Positions 10,957 through 24,160 of a stretch of DNA of 64,000 bases are shown piece by piece. This stretch comes from Iphione sp. A-MEVVRFRX5. Lineage: Eukaryota. The stretch lies in the NCBI GenBank assembly GCA_976226885.1, contig OZ320319.1:25668001-25732000 (forward strand), read 5' to 3'. Position 1 is the stretch's first letter. Each line of letters begins with the position of its first letter. The translations under genes were made by a program, and so were the position numbers. The notes beneath the pieces were generated by a model. The model made no database searches. It had not been told where the DNA came from and saw only the letters and a list, made by a program, of their open reading frames with translations.

Positions 10957-12379
10957 GTGCCGGATTTGTGGAGTTCTTTGCCAGATAACCAACAAGATAG
11001 TAATTTGGTGCACTCTGCAGTGGAGAAACTGTGTGAATAGGGGATGGGAGTGAGGTAAGAAACAGGCTGTTATTTGTTTGAACATATATTAAACCACATA
11101 ATGTATACAATTATGTGTCATGTTAACGAAATCTATGAAAAAAAACTGTAACATATATATCGATATGGATTAAATTGATAAACAAAACATGGCAAAATTT
11201 ACACAGTTTTGGATCGGTTTAAAGACATTTACACGCCTAAATCTGCACACTATGTGCATTCATGGAAAACACCCCTTGTGTTGACCTGCAGTTACCTGTG
11301 GCTAAAGAAGCATTGAAACCCCTACACACGGCACATGCATGCAGGAGAATCACATTCATGGAAACAGGACCTCACAGAAACGAGGGGACCACAGTGACTA
11401 CTGGGTATCTTGATTGTAATGTATACACCAAGGAGAAAAATGAACAATACGTATTGATTGACTTAATGGATTTCAAATATATATCAAGGTAATCCTCAGC
11501 AATGGACAAATCTGCTGAAAGTTTGTAGAAAAACACGCTGCATTTTATACCGGTATTTCACAGTAGAGACGCCAGTATATTTACAGGTAAAATGCTTGAC
11601 ATAAATGAAGAATTCAAATGTAAGGTAAATGGGTTCCAATTCACCAGTAGTACAAAACGCAATTGAAAGCTGAAGACTGAACCAGAGCCTCCTTTTGGTG
11701 TTCTCGTTCGATTGAAGTAAGTTTGCTGCATAATAATTGTCTCAACACCGATTGAACTGTCTAGGACTAGACAATTGGTTTGAGGCCTTCCCGTCAAGGA
11801 TATTGATAGTAAAATTGAGCATGAGGGATGATTGTGTTTACTCGTATCAGAAAGAGACGGCAAAAATAGAGTAGTTGGGGGCCAGACTGTGAGGAGATGG
11901 AGGTGCGGAATTAGATTTCTAAAGCACGCCATCGGAGTCTGTGTTCAGGCAGTCGGACCACAAAACGGGTAACGCGCCATATGTGAGAGGTATGGAGACG
12001 AGGTGCAATCGCAAGTACATGTAATCAGGGCAGGTTCTGTCATCCACCAGATATAATGATGTATGCAGTCCCCTAAAATCGTTAGGTGGTGTGCGTATGT
12101 TCGAAGGGATCATCCAAATGGCACAAAAAATCAGAAGAATAACAGAAATCATGCACGAACCGCAAAAAAGACTAAATGAAACACGAAAAGCTGGCCTAAC
12201 ATAGATCCCTGTTCTCTAAAAAACGTACATGTGCATTTTTTCTGAATGATGTCATGGAAGGTACAGTTTTTTTTTCTAGTTTTTTTTCCGCAGCTGTTTA
12301 TCACTAGTTACAAGTAGCTTAAAAAGGGATAACTAGATTACTTTTATATATTTCCCAGTTTTATGCTGATAAACAATTA

Positions 12380-12640
12380 GGCCCCCCAAACTATATCTAT
12401 ATTTCTGGGAATATGTTGGGAAATTGTAGGGTTTGGTAGGTAAGTATTTTCTTTTTGTTTTCGAGACAAATTGCACAGTAAAAATGCTAGATAGTACTTC
12501 TCAACCTTGGTGCTATAAACTTCTACTGTTTGGAACTTCATGAAACATCATATAAAAGCTAATGATGTAAAGAACAAAATGATGTATTGCATGAGGCTGT
12601 AGAATTATCCAGTCTGGAGATATCCACAAAAAAAGAAAAA
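12380..12640 (+). mobile_element. Degenerate MITE copy (same family as 26426-26759)
   Basis: tta|ggcc start, tagggtttggtaggta motif and aagctaatgatgtaaagaacaaaatgatgtattgca block shared with the 26426 and 48775 copies; right end not recognisable. Confidence 0.5.
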
Positions 12641-14383
12641 CAGAATGTTCCTTTGGGATTAAAACCAGCGTCAGTTATATCACCAGAAATACAGATTGTT
12701 TTTTAGTAGACCATAGTACAATTTAGTATCTAGTACAAGGAGAAAGAACCTGGCACTTCAGACTAGGTGTGGAAAAATAGTTCGATTTTTTGCCTAACGA
12801 TGACAGATACATATTGCTAGAAGGAACAACTGTACGTTAGTTAATATATAACTTGCAACGAAAACCCTATAGATAGGCAAAAACAATGTTGCATTGCTAT
12901 GGACACGCCATCGTAGAAATATATTGAGTGAGTTGGAGTGCAGTATAGAATGATGATGTGATCTGGTTAGTTCACAGGCGAAGGCAGCGATGACAAAAAC
13001 TACAGTATTCTCGAGCGGTCGATACCGAGAGCCTTTCGTCTCGGCAGCGCCGTCCGTTCTCACTGGTGTCATTATGCGACTGGTGGACGATCAAGTGGAG
13101 TGCGTGATTGAGCTTCGTCGGAGACGTTGGAAGTAGGAAATGAAATAATTTCATATTTCGCCCCCCGTCCAATCTTTCATAGAATGAGGGGGCTCTTCTC
13201 TTAAATATTCATCAAACAATATGTTGACGTGACATGCCCATAGCCAGGAACTTTTGTGGGGCAGGGGGAGGTATCAGAGGATACCCCCCCCCCAATACTT
13301 CAAGGGTGGAACATCCTGGTGACCATTTCTTTTCAAGTTTGTATGTAGGAATCTTTGACGGGGGTATTGGACGATACCCACGATACCCCTTTTGCTACGG
13401 GCCTGCATGATAGTAGTGCGATGACGATTTCATGATGCTTGCGATGTGTTCCAGGGAAGTGCTTGAAAGGACAAGTGCCTCTGAAAACTACTTCTGGCCG
13501 ATTTGAATGACGAACCGAGAGAAAAGCTCCTGAAGTCAAGAACAAGTAGCTCGCTGAGTGTTACGAGTAAGTTAACTACATCGTTAAATTTTGCGTTAGG
13601 CATGTGATGCCTGTGCCGTGTTACGAAACTCATACTTTGCCCCATTAAATGTAAGGCGCATCATCTGGAAAATAGGGACTAAACATCACTCTAACCCTAC
13701 GTATCACCGTCAAGTGGATGAGGATTTATAGTATAATGTCCTTGAATATCCTTCAACCGTAGTGCCAAACTATTCTTAAACAGGAACACCCCAGGACTAA
13801 AGTTACACGATCGTACAGTGGTAATTCACTGAACTAACGTCGTTATACATATCTCCACGGTGTGCATGTATGACATATGCTTCGTTCATTGAGAGAATAA
13901 ACAAAAGACTGTCTTTAGTAGTAAGTCCATGGGGTACGTATCCATACACTCTCACTTCGCATTCTGTAAAGAGTACAGAGAGAAGAACAAGCACTAAGCT
14001 TTCTATCACCGTCTACACACAGTATCTATAAAGAAAATATAGGCAGACAGTCACTGCATGTATTGCCATATGAAATATATATGTGATTTCCAATATTTCT
14101 TACAGAAATGTGCTTTAATTATGATTTCATATATACATGTATTCAAACGTACTTTGTCCCTTGTCTAGTTTTCTGCACCCAAGGGTACTTGTAGAAAAAA
14201 GATAAACTGTCAGATCTTTGTTATATTCTGTTTTAGTCGTGCCCCCATTTCTACATTTTCGGTTTCACCAAGGGGCTCTATCTGCAGCTGGTTGCCGTAA
14301 ATTTGATAGTTTCCAGTTTCTTTGGAAATGTTTTCATAATTGACTCATTGCCATACTGTTACGCAGCCATGCCCACCCATCAT

Positions 14384-14473
14384 AATGTGATTGTCATACT
14401 TTCACTAAGGCCATGTACAATGTTTGAAAATGTGATTGTCATACTTTCACTAAGGCCATGTACAATGTTTGAA
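14384..14473. repeat. Perfect 45-bp tandem duplication
   Basis: aatgtgattgtcatactttcactaaggccatgtacaatgtttgaa x2. Confidence 0.95.
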
Positions 14474-16779
14474 TTGAAAAGGTTTCTAGTCTTTTTCATA
14501 TACTTTGAAAATAAATATAAATGTCTCACCAAGTTCTCAATGGATATTAGGTCTATACATTTACATAACCTATAATAACATGTGACAGTCATAAATCTAA
14601 TATGGTCATGCATGAGCAACAGTGTTACTTGAATGTCATCTGCATGGATTGGTTACACAAGTCATGTGACAAAATAGCATAACATCATTGGCTATGGAAA
14701 ACTTCGATTGACAGATATTGTGAGTGTATAACATATCATCTTGTCATGTGGGGATGTATTAATTATCTTTGATTTTTTTATCAGCCATGTTTCTTTAAAC
14801 AGCTTTAATTTGCCCAGAATGGTTGATTGTGCATTACTTATTTGAAGTTTGATGGTGCTTCCTTCAATGTGGGTTTGACTGTCAAAGATGTTATAACCCA
14901 TTCAGGAATGGAACAGGTATGAGATTAAAGTTACTACAGTGCAAGGAGCCATTGCTAGACATCTTTCTAAAGGGTGAGGGGTTTTGAATAATAATACCAT
15001 AAGAATAATAATACCATTCAAAAAATTGTACGTAAATTATGAGTGTGACTTCTTAGTGTTACTCATGGGAAATGAGATGATGATAATTATTTTAGATGTA
15101 TACTTTATAGAAAAAATCACAACAGATCTAGGAATACATTAAAATATACCCTGATCCATGATGCCTTCAGGGATCATTCGCCTTTTACAAGGGAATGCAT
15201 TCAAGCATCATCAGGCTTCTGCCTGGGAATGCCTGCAGGCATCATTCACCCTTACAGGGTTAAGAGTGTTAAAAGGTTACCGTGTCAGCAGTGATCCCCA
15301 CGTTCTGTTACTGAAAAGTCTATGCTAGGCTTAAACTTATGGCTCACTGTATACATTATTTACCGTATGGTCAATATCCCTTTTTTCCAGGCACTCTGTA
15401 CACAGAATGTCCTATAACGCAGACTGATTTGATTGAATTTTGTAGTCCTTAGCTCGCATGTATTTCAGTATATGAGTATTTCAGTATATGGCAGCATCCG
15501 GGTTAGTAAGCGTTGACTCAAATTGACTGTTAGGAATGCTGTCCGCCACGTGAAAATGATGTGCTGAGCTGTGGTGATAAAATGGTGTGCTGAGCAGTTT
15601 AAGTGTTTTGTTTATACATGTCGACTCATTTATCAACTGACGCACTTTGCCTACTCTTCCATCAGGGACGTTTATTTGATTTTCTCTCCAATTTGTCGTG
15701 AATATCAAGCATGGGGTGTTTGTACGATTATGATCCGTGAAGTTCCACTTGTGCCATGGTACGTGTTGTGGCCCAACCTCCAGTGCGTGATAGTCTGTAG
15801 AGTTCTTAAGACAGAGATGAGGTTACCATTGTCAACGAGCAGTAACACCAGTTGTCACAGTGATAGCAAACATTTGTTACTCATTGCATTGTTGCATCTA
15901 TACCAGCACAAGTATGCTACCAGTAACAAAGACCTTTACTTCAAAGGCCCCTCATGTTAACCTATCAGTTTCTTTCCAAACTGGTTCTATATCACATCGT
16001 GACAACAATTATCTTTAAACAAACAGATGGTTTATTATTTTAGTCCAGGTCCAGTCCCTGTTCAAAATATTCATTACCAATATAACGGTGGTTTTCATAA
16101 CCTGGTCCATTGGATGGAGGAAGAGGTGGCCACGAAACAAAAAATAAAGATCTGTGACATCAGAGCCAAGCCACAGCTAGGGCACAAATATGTCATTGTC
16201 CTAGCAATGTTCAGTTTGTGATCTATTCTTTCTTGGGTTTTCAGCCATTGAAGCATTGTTCTCTCCTTTATTCACTGTCCTCATATATCCTATTGTGAGG
16301 CCGTTTCCTGTTCTCTAATAGTATTTCAGGCCACATAAATGTCTCAGCATTTATTTCGTGTAACCGTCTTTACCGCATATGATGACTATTGTACCATCGT
16401 TATCATCTTTTCAATCTTTTTCTTCTGCTGCTTAAAGTGGGCATGTCAAAGAGTGTATCGCAGACTTTGTGTCACTTGGATGGTATTGCTTATTTGGTCC
16501 CATTGGTCATCGCCCTTATTTCTAATAATGGAGGAGCAGTCGATGCAAACATCTTTAATTCTTCCTAGGCATTCTTCACTTTGTGATGTGAATATTATCA
16601 AAATTGCACATGTGCTTCAGTTTCTTTTCTTATGAAAACATTTAATCTTAGGTTGTTGTAACACCTGTTGTGATGTTATAAGGCTCGGAAATACTGAGAA
16701 GTATACTGTAACTTTCCGGTTTTGATTTGTGACTGATTCCTATTTCAACACTACAATTTCCTCATGAAAATAACTTTAC

Positions 16780-17894
16780 ATGGATTTTGACTTAGCTATC
16801 AGTGAAGCACTTACCGTTGATGGGAGTCCCAGAGGGATGGGGGCTACCATGAATGATTCTGGGAAGATTCAGATTTTAATCAAAAGGCAAAGATTAAAAA
16901 AATCATCTGGCTTGAAGGATATTCCGACAAAAATCCTCGTCCCTGTATTGCTGCACATTCCTGAATTCTTGTCTTGGATTTTCAATGAGATCCTAGACTC
17001 AGGTCTCTTTCCGGCTAGGTGGAAAATAGCCAGGGTTGTGCCAGTTTTCAAACGTGATGACCAGGACACTACCTCCAATTACAGGCCAGTATCCATACTG
17101 CCCCTACCTGGCAAAATTTGTGAGGGGTGGTTTGTTAGGGATCTAATAGGAATCCTTGAGAAGAAGGGAGCCTTTTGCTTGGCACAACATGGCTTCAGGG
17201 CCGGGAGATTGACAGAGACAGCAATTGTTGATCTGCTAAACAGTGCTGCTGATCTGCATAAGAGGGGGTACTATCAAAGTCTGCTGGCATTTGACCTGTG
17301 TAAGGCATTTGACCTTGTGCCACACTTGAGCATCCTCCACAGGCTCACCTGCCTGGGGGCAGGTCCAAAGACTAGGTCATTGGTGAGAAGCTATCTTACT
17401 GAGAGGAAGCAGTACGTCCTTTGTAGTGAAACAGACTCTGCAATCCACGAGATCAAGCATGGAGTGCCTCAAGGCACAATTTTTGGGCTTGGGGCATTCA
17501 GCCTGGTTATGGATGGTGTGGCAAGGATATTACCATTGTCTTACAAAGTGGTAATGTATGCTGAGTGACCTAAGGGTCTTGGTGTACTCTACTAACCTGT
17601 TGAAGCTGTGCAATATTGCGATGCATGTGATCGAAAGGGTGAGTCAATGGAGCACAGGTGCAGGTCTCATGCTGAATGCTGAAAAATGCACCTACCTGCC
17701 AATTGGCAAGGTCTCTGGGATTCCACTTGATCTGCATATTGAGGGGAATCCTATGAAAATGGAGCACTCAATGAAACTGCTGGGGTACACTCTGGATGGT
17801 ACGCTGAGCTTCAATGATGACCTAAAAGCATTGAAAAGGACTCTTTGGGGTGCCTCCATCAAAATCGGAAGAGTGAAGAGACTACTCCCCTTAA
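16780..17894 (+). pseudogene. 5'-truncated CR1/L2-group LINE RT, left part (interrupted by piggyBac)
   Basis: YRPVSILPLPGKICE, QHGFRAG, FDLCKAFDLV, GVPQG; the YADD motif is broken by a 1-nt insertion (tat gct gag tga c, near 17565). Confidence 0.9.
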
Positions 17895-18127
17895 CTCTTT
17901 CCTGGCCGCGCAGTGGTATATCATCCATATCTGGATGATAGTTTTCAAATCGCCATTATGTGTTGAAATAAAGCTGTGATTCCCATTAAAAAAAACAGAG
18001 AAGGTGTCTTTTTGCTCATTCTTCAATCTCATGCAAAAATAATCATAGTTTTCATTGAAAATTATAATAATTGAAAGAATTGAAATCAGGCCCGCACCAA
18101 GGTGCGCGTCGTCTACAGGAGGCCAAA

Positions 18128-21100
18128 ATGGCCCGACCCATACGTAGTGCTGCCTTAGAGGCTAGAAGATTAATCGCAGCAGGATTCGATGTTAATTTTG
18201 TTGATCAAGTTGGAAGTGCAGGAATGACAGAAGAAGAAGAAGATGAACTGAACGAGCTAATTGTTGCACAAAATCGGAGTGATTTTGATGGTAATGACAG
18301 TGATGAAGAATCTGCCAGTGAACGTGTGGCTCCCCGCTGTACGGAAAACGTTGTGTAAGTGCTTATTTTTATCATAAAAACATGCCTAGTGAACATGTAA
18401 TATCGTTTTGGCACAATCTGGAATATACAAAATGTACCGTAGTTCCATGTTCTTCCATTGTGGTGTGTATTTTGTGCTTTCTTGCTTAAGGAATTACTGC
18501 TGCTGGTTTAATTCCCAAACATGTCGTCTGCTGTGACATTGTTGATCAACAACGTTGACGTCACATAACGTCGTATATGGTTATAATAATTTGTTGATTG
18601 CAGCAAGCTGAGTGCTTTTATTATAAAAAAGTTGGCTGTAGGGAAGTGTTAGATATATTAAGAATTAGAAAAGACACAAGAATACATTGAATTACGTTCA
18701 CTTTAGATTTATGACGTACGAGGATGACGATGTGGGGCCATCTGCTGTGAAATTCAGACCAGCCCAAGTACCAGGACCCCACCTAGCGGAAAGAATAACA
18801 CGCGGTGGTGCTAATAAATTTACAAGAGCCATAGACTTTTTCCAGCTTTTCCTGCCTGACGAATTCCTAGAGGTGAATAATTTCAGATATATGGATATAA
18901 TTATGTGCATTGCAAGATCGGATTCAGTGATGTAATCAATTAAAACTAACCTTGCGTCTGTGGTACTGATTATTTGAGTTTTGACTGTGTGATCTTGGCA
19001 ACTCTGGATTTAAATTTGTATGGCTCGTAGGTTTGACATTTACTTACCTATTTTTTGCTCCTTCCATATGTTTGCAGACAATAGTCGACAATACCAACAT
19101 ATATGCTTGGTTGAATATCCACAGTAAGCCAACGTACAGCAAGCCAAACGATGGTGCTTGGCAACCACTGTATCTACGTGAACTGAAGTATTATCTTGCT
19201 TTGACAATTTTCAATGGATTCGCTGGGCGTCGGGACATCGAACGCAACTGGTCCCAGGCCACATTGTATGCTGGTGGCTGGTCAAGACGTTTCCTATCTA
19301 AAAATCGGTCAGTATTTTCATATGAAACTACTTTGTACACAAGGTTAATAGTTGTACATGTCCCTTGCATGCATAATACGTCTGTGCTTATTCTGCAATT
19401 TTGTCTAACACTGCCTGGAAGAATTACCTAATGAACAATGGGCGCTGTGATTTTTTATGTTTTTCCACAGATTCAAGGCACTCAGCGCCATGCTGCATAT
19501 TTCTAGGCCTGGCATGGAAGACACTACTGCTAAATTGGCCAAAATCAGGCCAATGTTGGACCAAATGAAGAATGCATCTTCAGCCTTGTTCTATCCCATG
19601 GAGACCCTTTCCATTGATGAACGTATGGTGCCTAGCAAGGGTCGAACACCTATTAGGCAGTACATGCCTGATAAGCCATCAAAGTATGGCTTTAAACTGT
19701 GGTGTATCTGCGACCCAGAAACCGGCTATACCTTCAATTTCAAGTGAGTATTAAAGATTTTTTCAAAATGCAACCGTAAGTGATGACATGATGATAACCA
19801 ATTTGATATTTGCTTTTGGATATGTTTTCCAAGCCCCGTTGGTGATTGTGAAATTTTTGTATGACTTTCTCTTTTCAGTGTCTATACCGGGAAGTCCACA
19901 AGTAAGAGTACAAAAGGTCTTGGATACGATGTTGTAATGGCTTTGATTGACCCGTACAAACATCATGGTCATCAAGTTCACTGTGATAACTTCTTCACGT
20001 CAGAGCAACTAGCCAAAGATCTTCTTCTGAAAGGGACAACAATGTGTGGGACGACACAACCCTGGCGACGAGGATTCCCAGCCATACATTTCAATACTGA
20101 CCTTGTTTTTGGCAAGGGTACATATTTTAGCATTTGTGGAATGGTGTATTGTGTATTGTGTTTATAAGTTTAAGAGACTGTCATAATAAATTGGAGTAGT
20201 GATCAGTCTTTACCCATGCACAAGCAAGTTTAGATTTACTCCATTATTCAGTGTAAAATAATTTGGAAAATGTTTCCATGATGACATGGCCATAATGCAT
20301 TACAGGTGTACAACCACAAGATTTTTCTGATAGTCATGTGTCAAGTTACACGTACAGTTTTGGTTAATTTAAAAAAAAAATCATATCATTTGAACAGGTC
20401 CTGAAAGGCAAGACATGGGGAAAACGTGCCAAGCATGGAGATATGCGCTACGTCCGTCAACATGATGTATTGTACCTTCAATGGTATGATAAACAAGTAG
20501 TTAACATGTTGAGTACTGCACACAAAGGGCACGACCATGTCCTGGTTTTCCGCAGAGGAAAATCCAAGAAGGGAGAATATCAGCCAACTATCACAAGGAT
20601 CCCCACCTGCATCCGTTCGTACAATAAGTACATGGGAGGAGTAGACCTCGCTGACCAGCTCATCGAGGCCTACAATTGCCTGGTAAAAGTAACCCGTTGG
20701 TGGAAAACACTATTTCTGCATATGGTGGACCTGGCAATAGTCAATAGTTTCATCTTGTTCCGAATGTGGCAAAGAAGTCATCCAGAAATCCCAGAGCTGG
20801 CTCGGCGTGGCAGGTACACCCAATTAAATTTCAGAGAGGAACTGGTCCGCCAACTTGGAAATGTCAGAGATGACGAGGATGTCCCTATCTACACTCCGGC
20901 CATGAAGAGAAAGAAAAGCTTGGACTGCTCTGGCCCTCATGACCCAGAGTGGTCAAAGAAAAGAAGAAATTGTCATGTATGTTACTTGTTACATGGGAAG
21001 CAGAACAAGAGTTATGTGCGCTGCTCAGACAGGCAGTGTGGTGTCCACCTGTGCCTTAACAAGGAAAGAAACTGTTTCCCTCTATGGCACTCCCCCCAGT

Positions 21101-21138
21101 TTGACAGGTTCAGGTACCCCCAGAAGAAGGCGAAGTAA
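18128..21138 (+). CDS. Spliced piggyBac transposase; exons 18128-18354, 18707-18872, 19078-19307, 19471-19743, 19879-~20117, 20398-21138
   Basis: GT-AG junctions 1-4 are phase-consistent and rebuild LFLPDEFLE|TIVDNTNIYA, SKNR|FKALSAMLH, SIDERMVPSKGR (D1), KPSKYGFK, YTGK, DNFFTS (D2), YNKYMGGVDLADQ (D3) and the C-terminal Cys-rich domain CHVC...C..RQC.VHLC...CF..WH. The exon 5/6 junction is not phase-consistent as read. Confidence 0.88.
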
Positions 21139-21281
21139 CTGCATGTAAGGAACAATGGTCAAGTTTATTATCATGCTCGTTTACACCACCTGCATATCTC
21201 TACATTGGCCAACATGAGTAGGAAGCTTGGACACGATATGTCAAATCTGTTTTCTTCAGCTGCAGATTGCGGTCCATTTAC

Positions 21282-22418
21282 TTAGTTCTTCTTCTTCTTA
21301 GGATACTGCAGGAGGCACATATCATCCAGCGAAACGTAATACACCTGCAAAGTAACAATAACCTTATTCATTTCTATAGGTGGAACATCAGACCCAAAGT
21401 ATTTGTGAAGGTCATCACGTCTAGCCATTAATTGCACTATGAACCACATTTTTGAAGTGTCCAATCATTACAGCATTGCCACTTATTCGAACACAAAGTG
21501 TTCATCCATGTTAACTTGATTTCTGAGCAATTGTGTACATACATCTGCTCTACCGTCATACTGATCATCATAAACAGCTGCTTGTTCCTCTGGAAATCTT
21601 TCTCTAGCAGCATCCCTCACCACAGCTGGGAAAACAAAAGTCGACTTCGATGCACCCAGTCCAGATCCAAACTGTCAATTAAAAAAATAATATTTCATTT
21701 CAGAAATCTTCATCACCAGAAGCAATAATATTCAGGATCACATCTCATGCCAAGTTAGTCTCATTATTTCATTGCACAAGATTTTCCCACATTCAACCAT
21801 TCCACTGTAAAGACTGTTAGCTTATCACCTGTTGTAATGTATATAAATAATGCAACATGTGCAATTACTTGTAACATACCTTTGCTGCTGCCCATAAGGT
21901 GCGAAATATTGCCTTACGAGTTGGTGCTGTCCTAATGAGGTCTATGAGACCTTGTGGGACCTCCAGCCTGTATGAAGGGGTAAAACAACATGTAAGTGAT
22001 ATATACTTTAAATTTATTGCATATTTTTTTTTTTCATTTTACTTGTGTATTTATGTAAGCGACTTTTAACGTCATCTTATATGCCTAGCGATGTTATTGT
22101 ACGTACCCCTTCTAGTATGTTCTGCTTTCCTTGTTATATTCACAAATACTATGCAGAAACATTCACACAGGGCAAATCATGACATGTCCATATAACCATG
22201 TGGCTTGTTACAATTTGCGTTTGTTGTTATAACCATGGATGAATTTATCCCAATAACAATCAATTAACAATCTACAGTACTTACTCTCTCTCTTCAAATG
22301 CTTTGATCATCTGATCCATCATTAAGAAATTCAGATCTTTGTTGTTTTGTAAGGAAAGATTTTGTCTCCGTCTTCTGAGAACATCGGCCGTGAATGACGT
22401 AACATGACCAACATGCAT
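21282..22418 (-). CDS. Second, convergent four-exon gene inside piggyBac (137 aa), resembling the P2X7 cytoplasmic ballast domain; exons 22418-22285, 21967-21880, 21671-21543, 21344-21282
   Basis: Three GT-AG introns (donors gtaagt, gtatgt, gtatgt; acceptors ccccttcatacag, ttttttaattgacag, gttactttgcag) with matching phases 2,0,0 give MHVGH...FEERE-LEVPQ...RKAIFRTLWAAAK-FGSGLGASKSTFVFPAVVRDAARERFPEEQAAVY...D-VYY...PKKKKN*; minus-strand AATAAA at 21164-21169. Extra 5' exons are possible. Confidence 0.8.
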
Positions 22419-23032
22419 TTCCCTATTTATTTACAGTAAAACATTGTAGATTGCATTTCTTTCCTGTATTTTTTTACTTTGACATGTAATTTATCTATCA
22501 ATTACAATTAATTTCATTTCAAACAAGTATGACGTATGAATCAGCAAAAATAAAAATCGACTGCAGCGCTAGGTGTGGAAAGTATACAACTGAACAGGCA
22601 AGGCCACCTAGCGTATTGAAATGTTGTCAATTAATACGTGACTTCAGAGTGTTATTATTCCGTTATTATTTCACATTGACATTCAACCAATACATCTACA
22701 GGTAGGCAAGAACAAGGGCAAAATTTCGTTTGCTAATGTTTGCACCTTTTATCCAGTCTTTCGTGATGATTTCCTGCATTTTCGATAAAATTGCCACTTT
22801 TTAGCACACCAGAACACAACAGGTGGTATGTTTCAACTGCCTTCTACATGCATTAAACAACCTTGAATTTAAAAAAAAAATATATACCAATTATCCCCAA
22901 TATATAACCTTCAAAATGACATATTATTCATCTTCAAGCATCAATTTGTTGAAATTTTAGAAGAAAAAAGTCGCCGCATGTACAGTGCTCTTATGTACAT
23001 TACGCTCTATACGGTGACCAGGAAAGAGTTAA

Positions 23033-24160
23033 ATGCTTGCCTGCATTTATTCAGGTCACTAGTGTTGACACACTTGTTCTACCATGCTGTCCTTTTGTTT
23101 GGCTGTGCAGCATTGAAGAGGGTGGACTTACAGGTTCACCTCAATAGGTGATTCCGGATTGCTGTGCAGATGGGTGTCTTTATTCCTAGTAGGTTGATCA
23201 CAGGCAGATTTAGGGTGAGAAGGGTGAGTGATGTGATTGAATTCAGAGGACTGAAGGCAATTCACAACCAGGTGCACCCGTGTATCATTCTGATGGTGCC
23301 TACTTCAAATACTAGAGGTGGTGGGACTCTTCAGGGCATAGTGCCAAAGGCTAGGTTGGAGAAATCTGGTCATTCGCTCAGGTTCAGAGGTATGATTGAG
23401 TGGAACAGGTTACCTTCCACTGTGTGGGAGACTTGTGTGTTCTGTCTGGAGGTTAAACGCTGAAAGGTCGGGGAGAATTATGTGTAATAGAAGGTGATGT
23501 ATGAGTTTATAGAATATCTGTTCAGAATAGATGAAAATGAGTGCTGATGGTGGATGCATGTTACTGATTGAATGGATCACTGACACAATCGTATTATGTG
23601 TTGAGAATGTGTTATGTCAACGGACTCCTTTTAAAGTGATGCCTTATTCATGTGTAGATATACTGGTGGTGCAGTTGCTGTAATTCATGACATTATGGTG
23701 TATCAGCCTGCTGTGTCTGCCTCTGCGATGGCTATCTGGGATTTAACTGTACTGACCTAATAAATGTGGTCACCAGAATTGAAAAAGAAGAATACTGTAA
23801 ACTTGTGTTTCCTTATTCTACCCTAAATTAATTAATATTGCTCCTCATTCAGGGAGTAAGGTATGTCTCTACCTGTCTATTTGCCATGACACCTTGCTGT
23901 TGGCCAATTGTGTGATATCTTCTAACATAATAAATCTATGATAACTGATTCCTACTAATGCTGAATGACAACAGATTATATATCATTGCCATCATCTCTT
24001 ACTGTTTTTGCTCTAATCGACATCTACTTACAGATGCATGCCTGTATCTATATGTGTTCCTATTGTGCGACATGTTTGTATTCTTCTGTTCATACATGAA
24101 TCTTGGAAAGTTCACTGTATATGAAAAGATTAATAAACAATTTGAATTTGAATAGAATTT
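23033..24160 (+). pseudogene. Right part of the interrupted LINE: RT C-terminus, 3' UTR and (TTTGAA)n-type tail
   Basis: ACLHLFRSLVLTHLFY...SLRFRGMIEWNRLP (one internal stop); aataaa at 24132-24137 followed by caatttgaatttgaatagaattt. Confidence 0.8.

Larger units (their letters stand above)
17895..23028 (+). mobile_element. piggyBac-superfamily DNA transposon (5134 bp)
   Basis: TTAA TSD at 17891-17894 and 23029-23032; 11-bp perfect TIR CTCTTTCCTGG (17895-17905 / 23018-23028). Excision restores the LINE frame RLLPL-NACLHLFRSLV. Confidence 0.95.
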
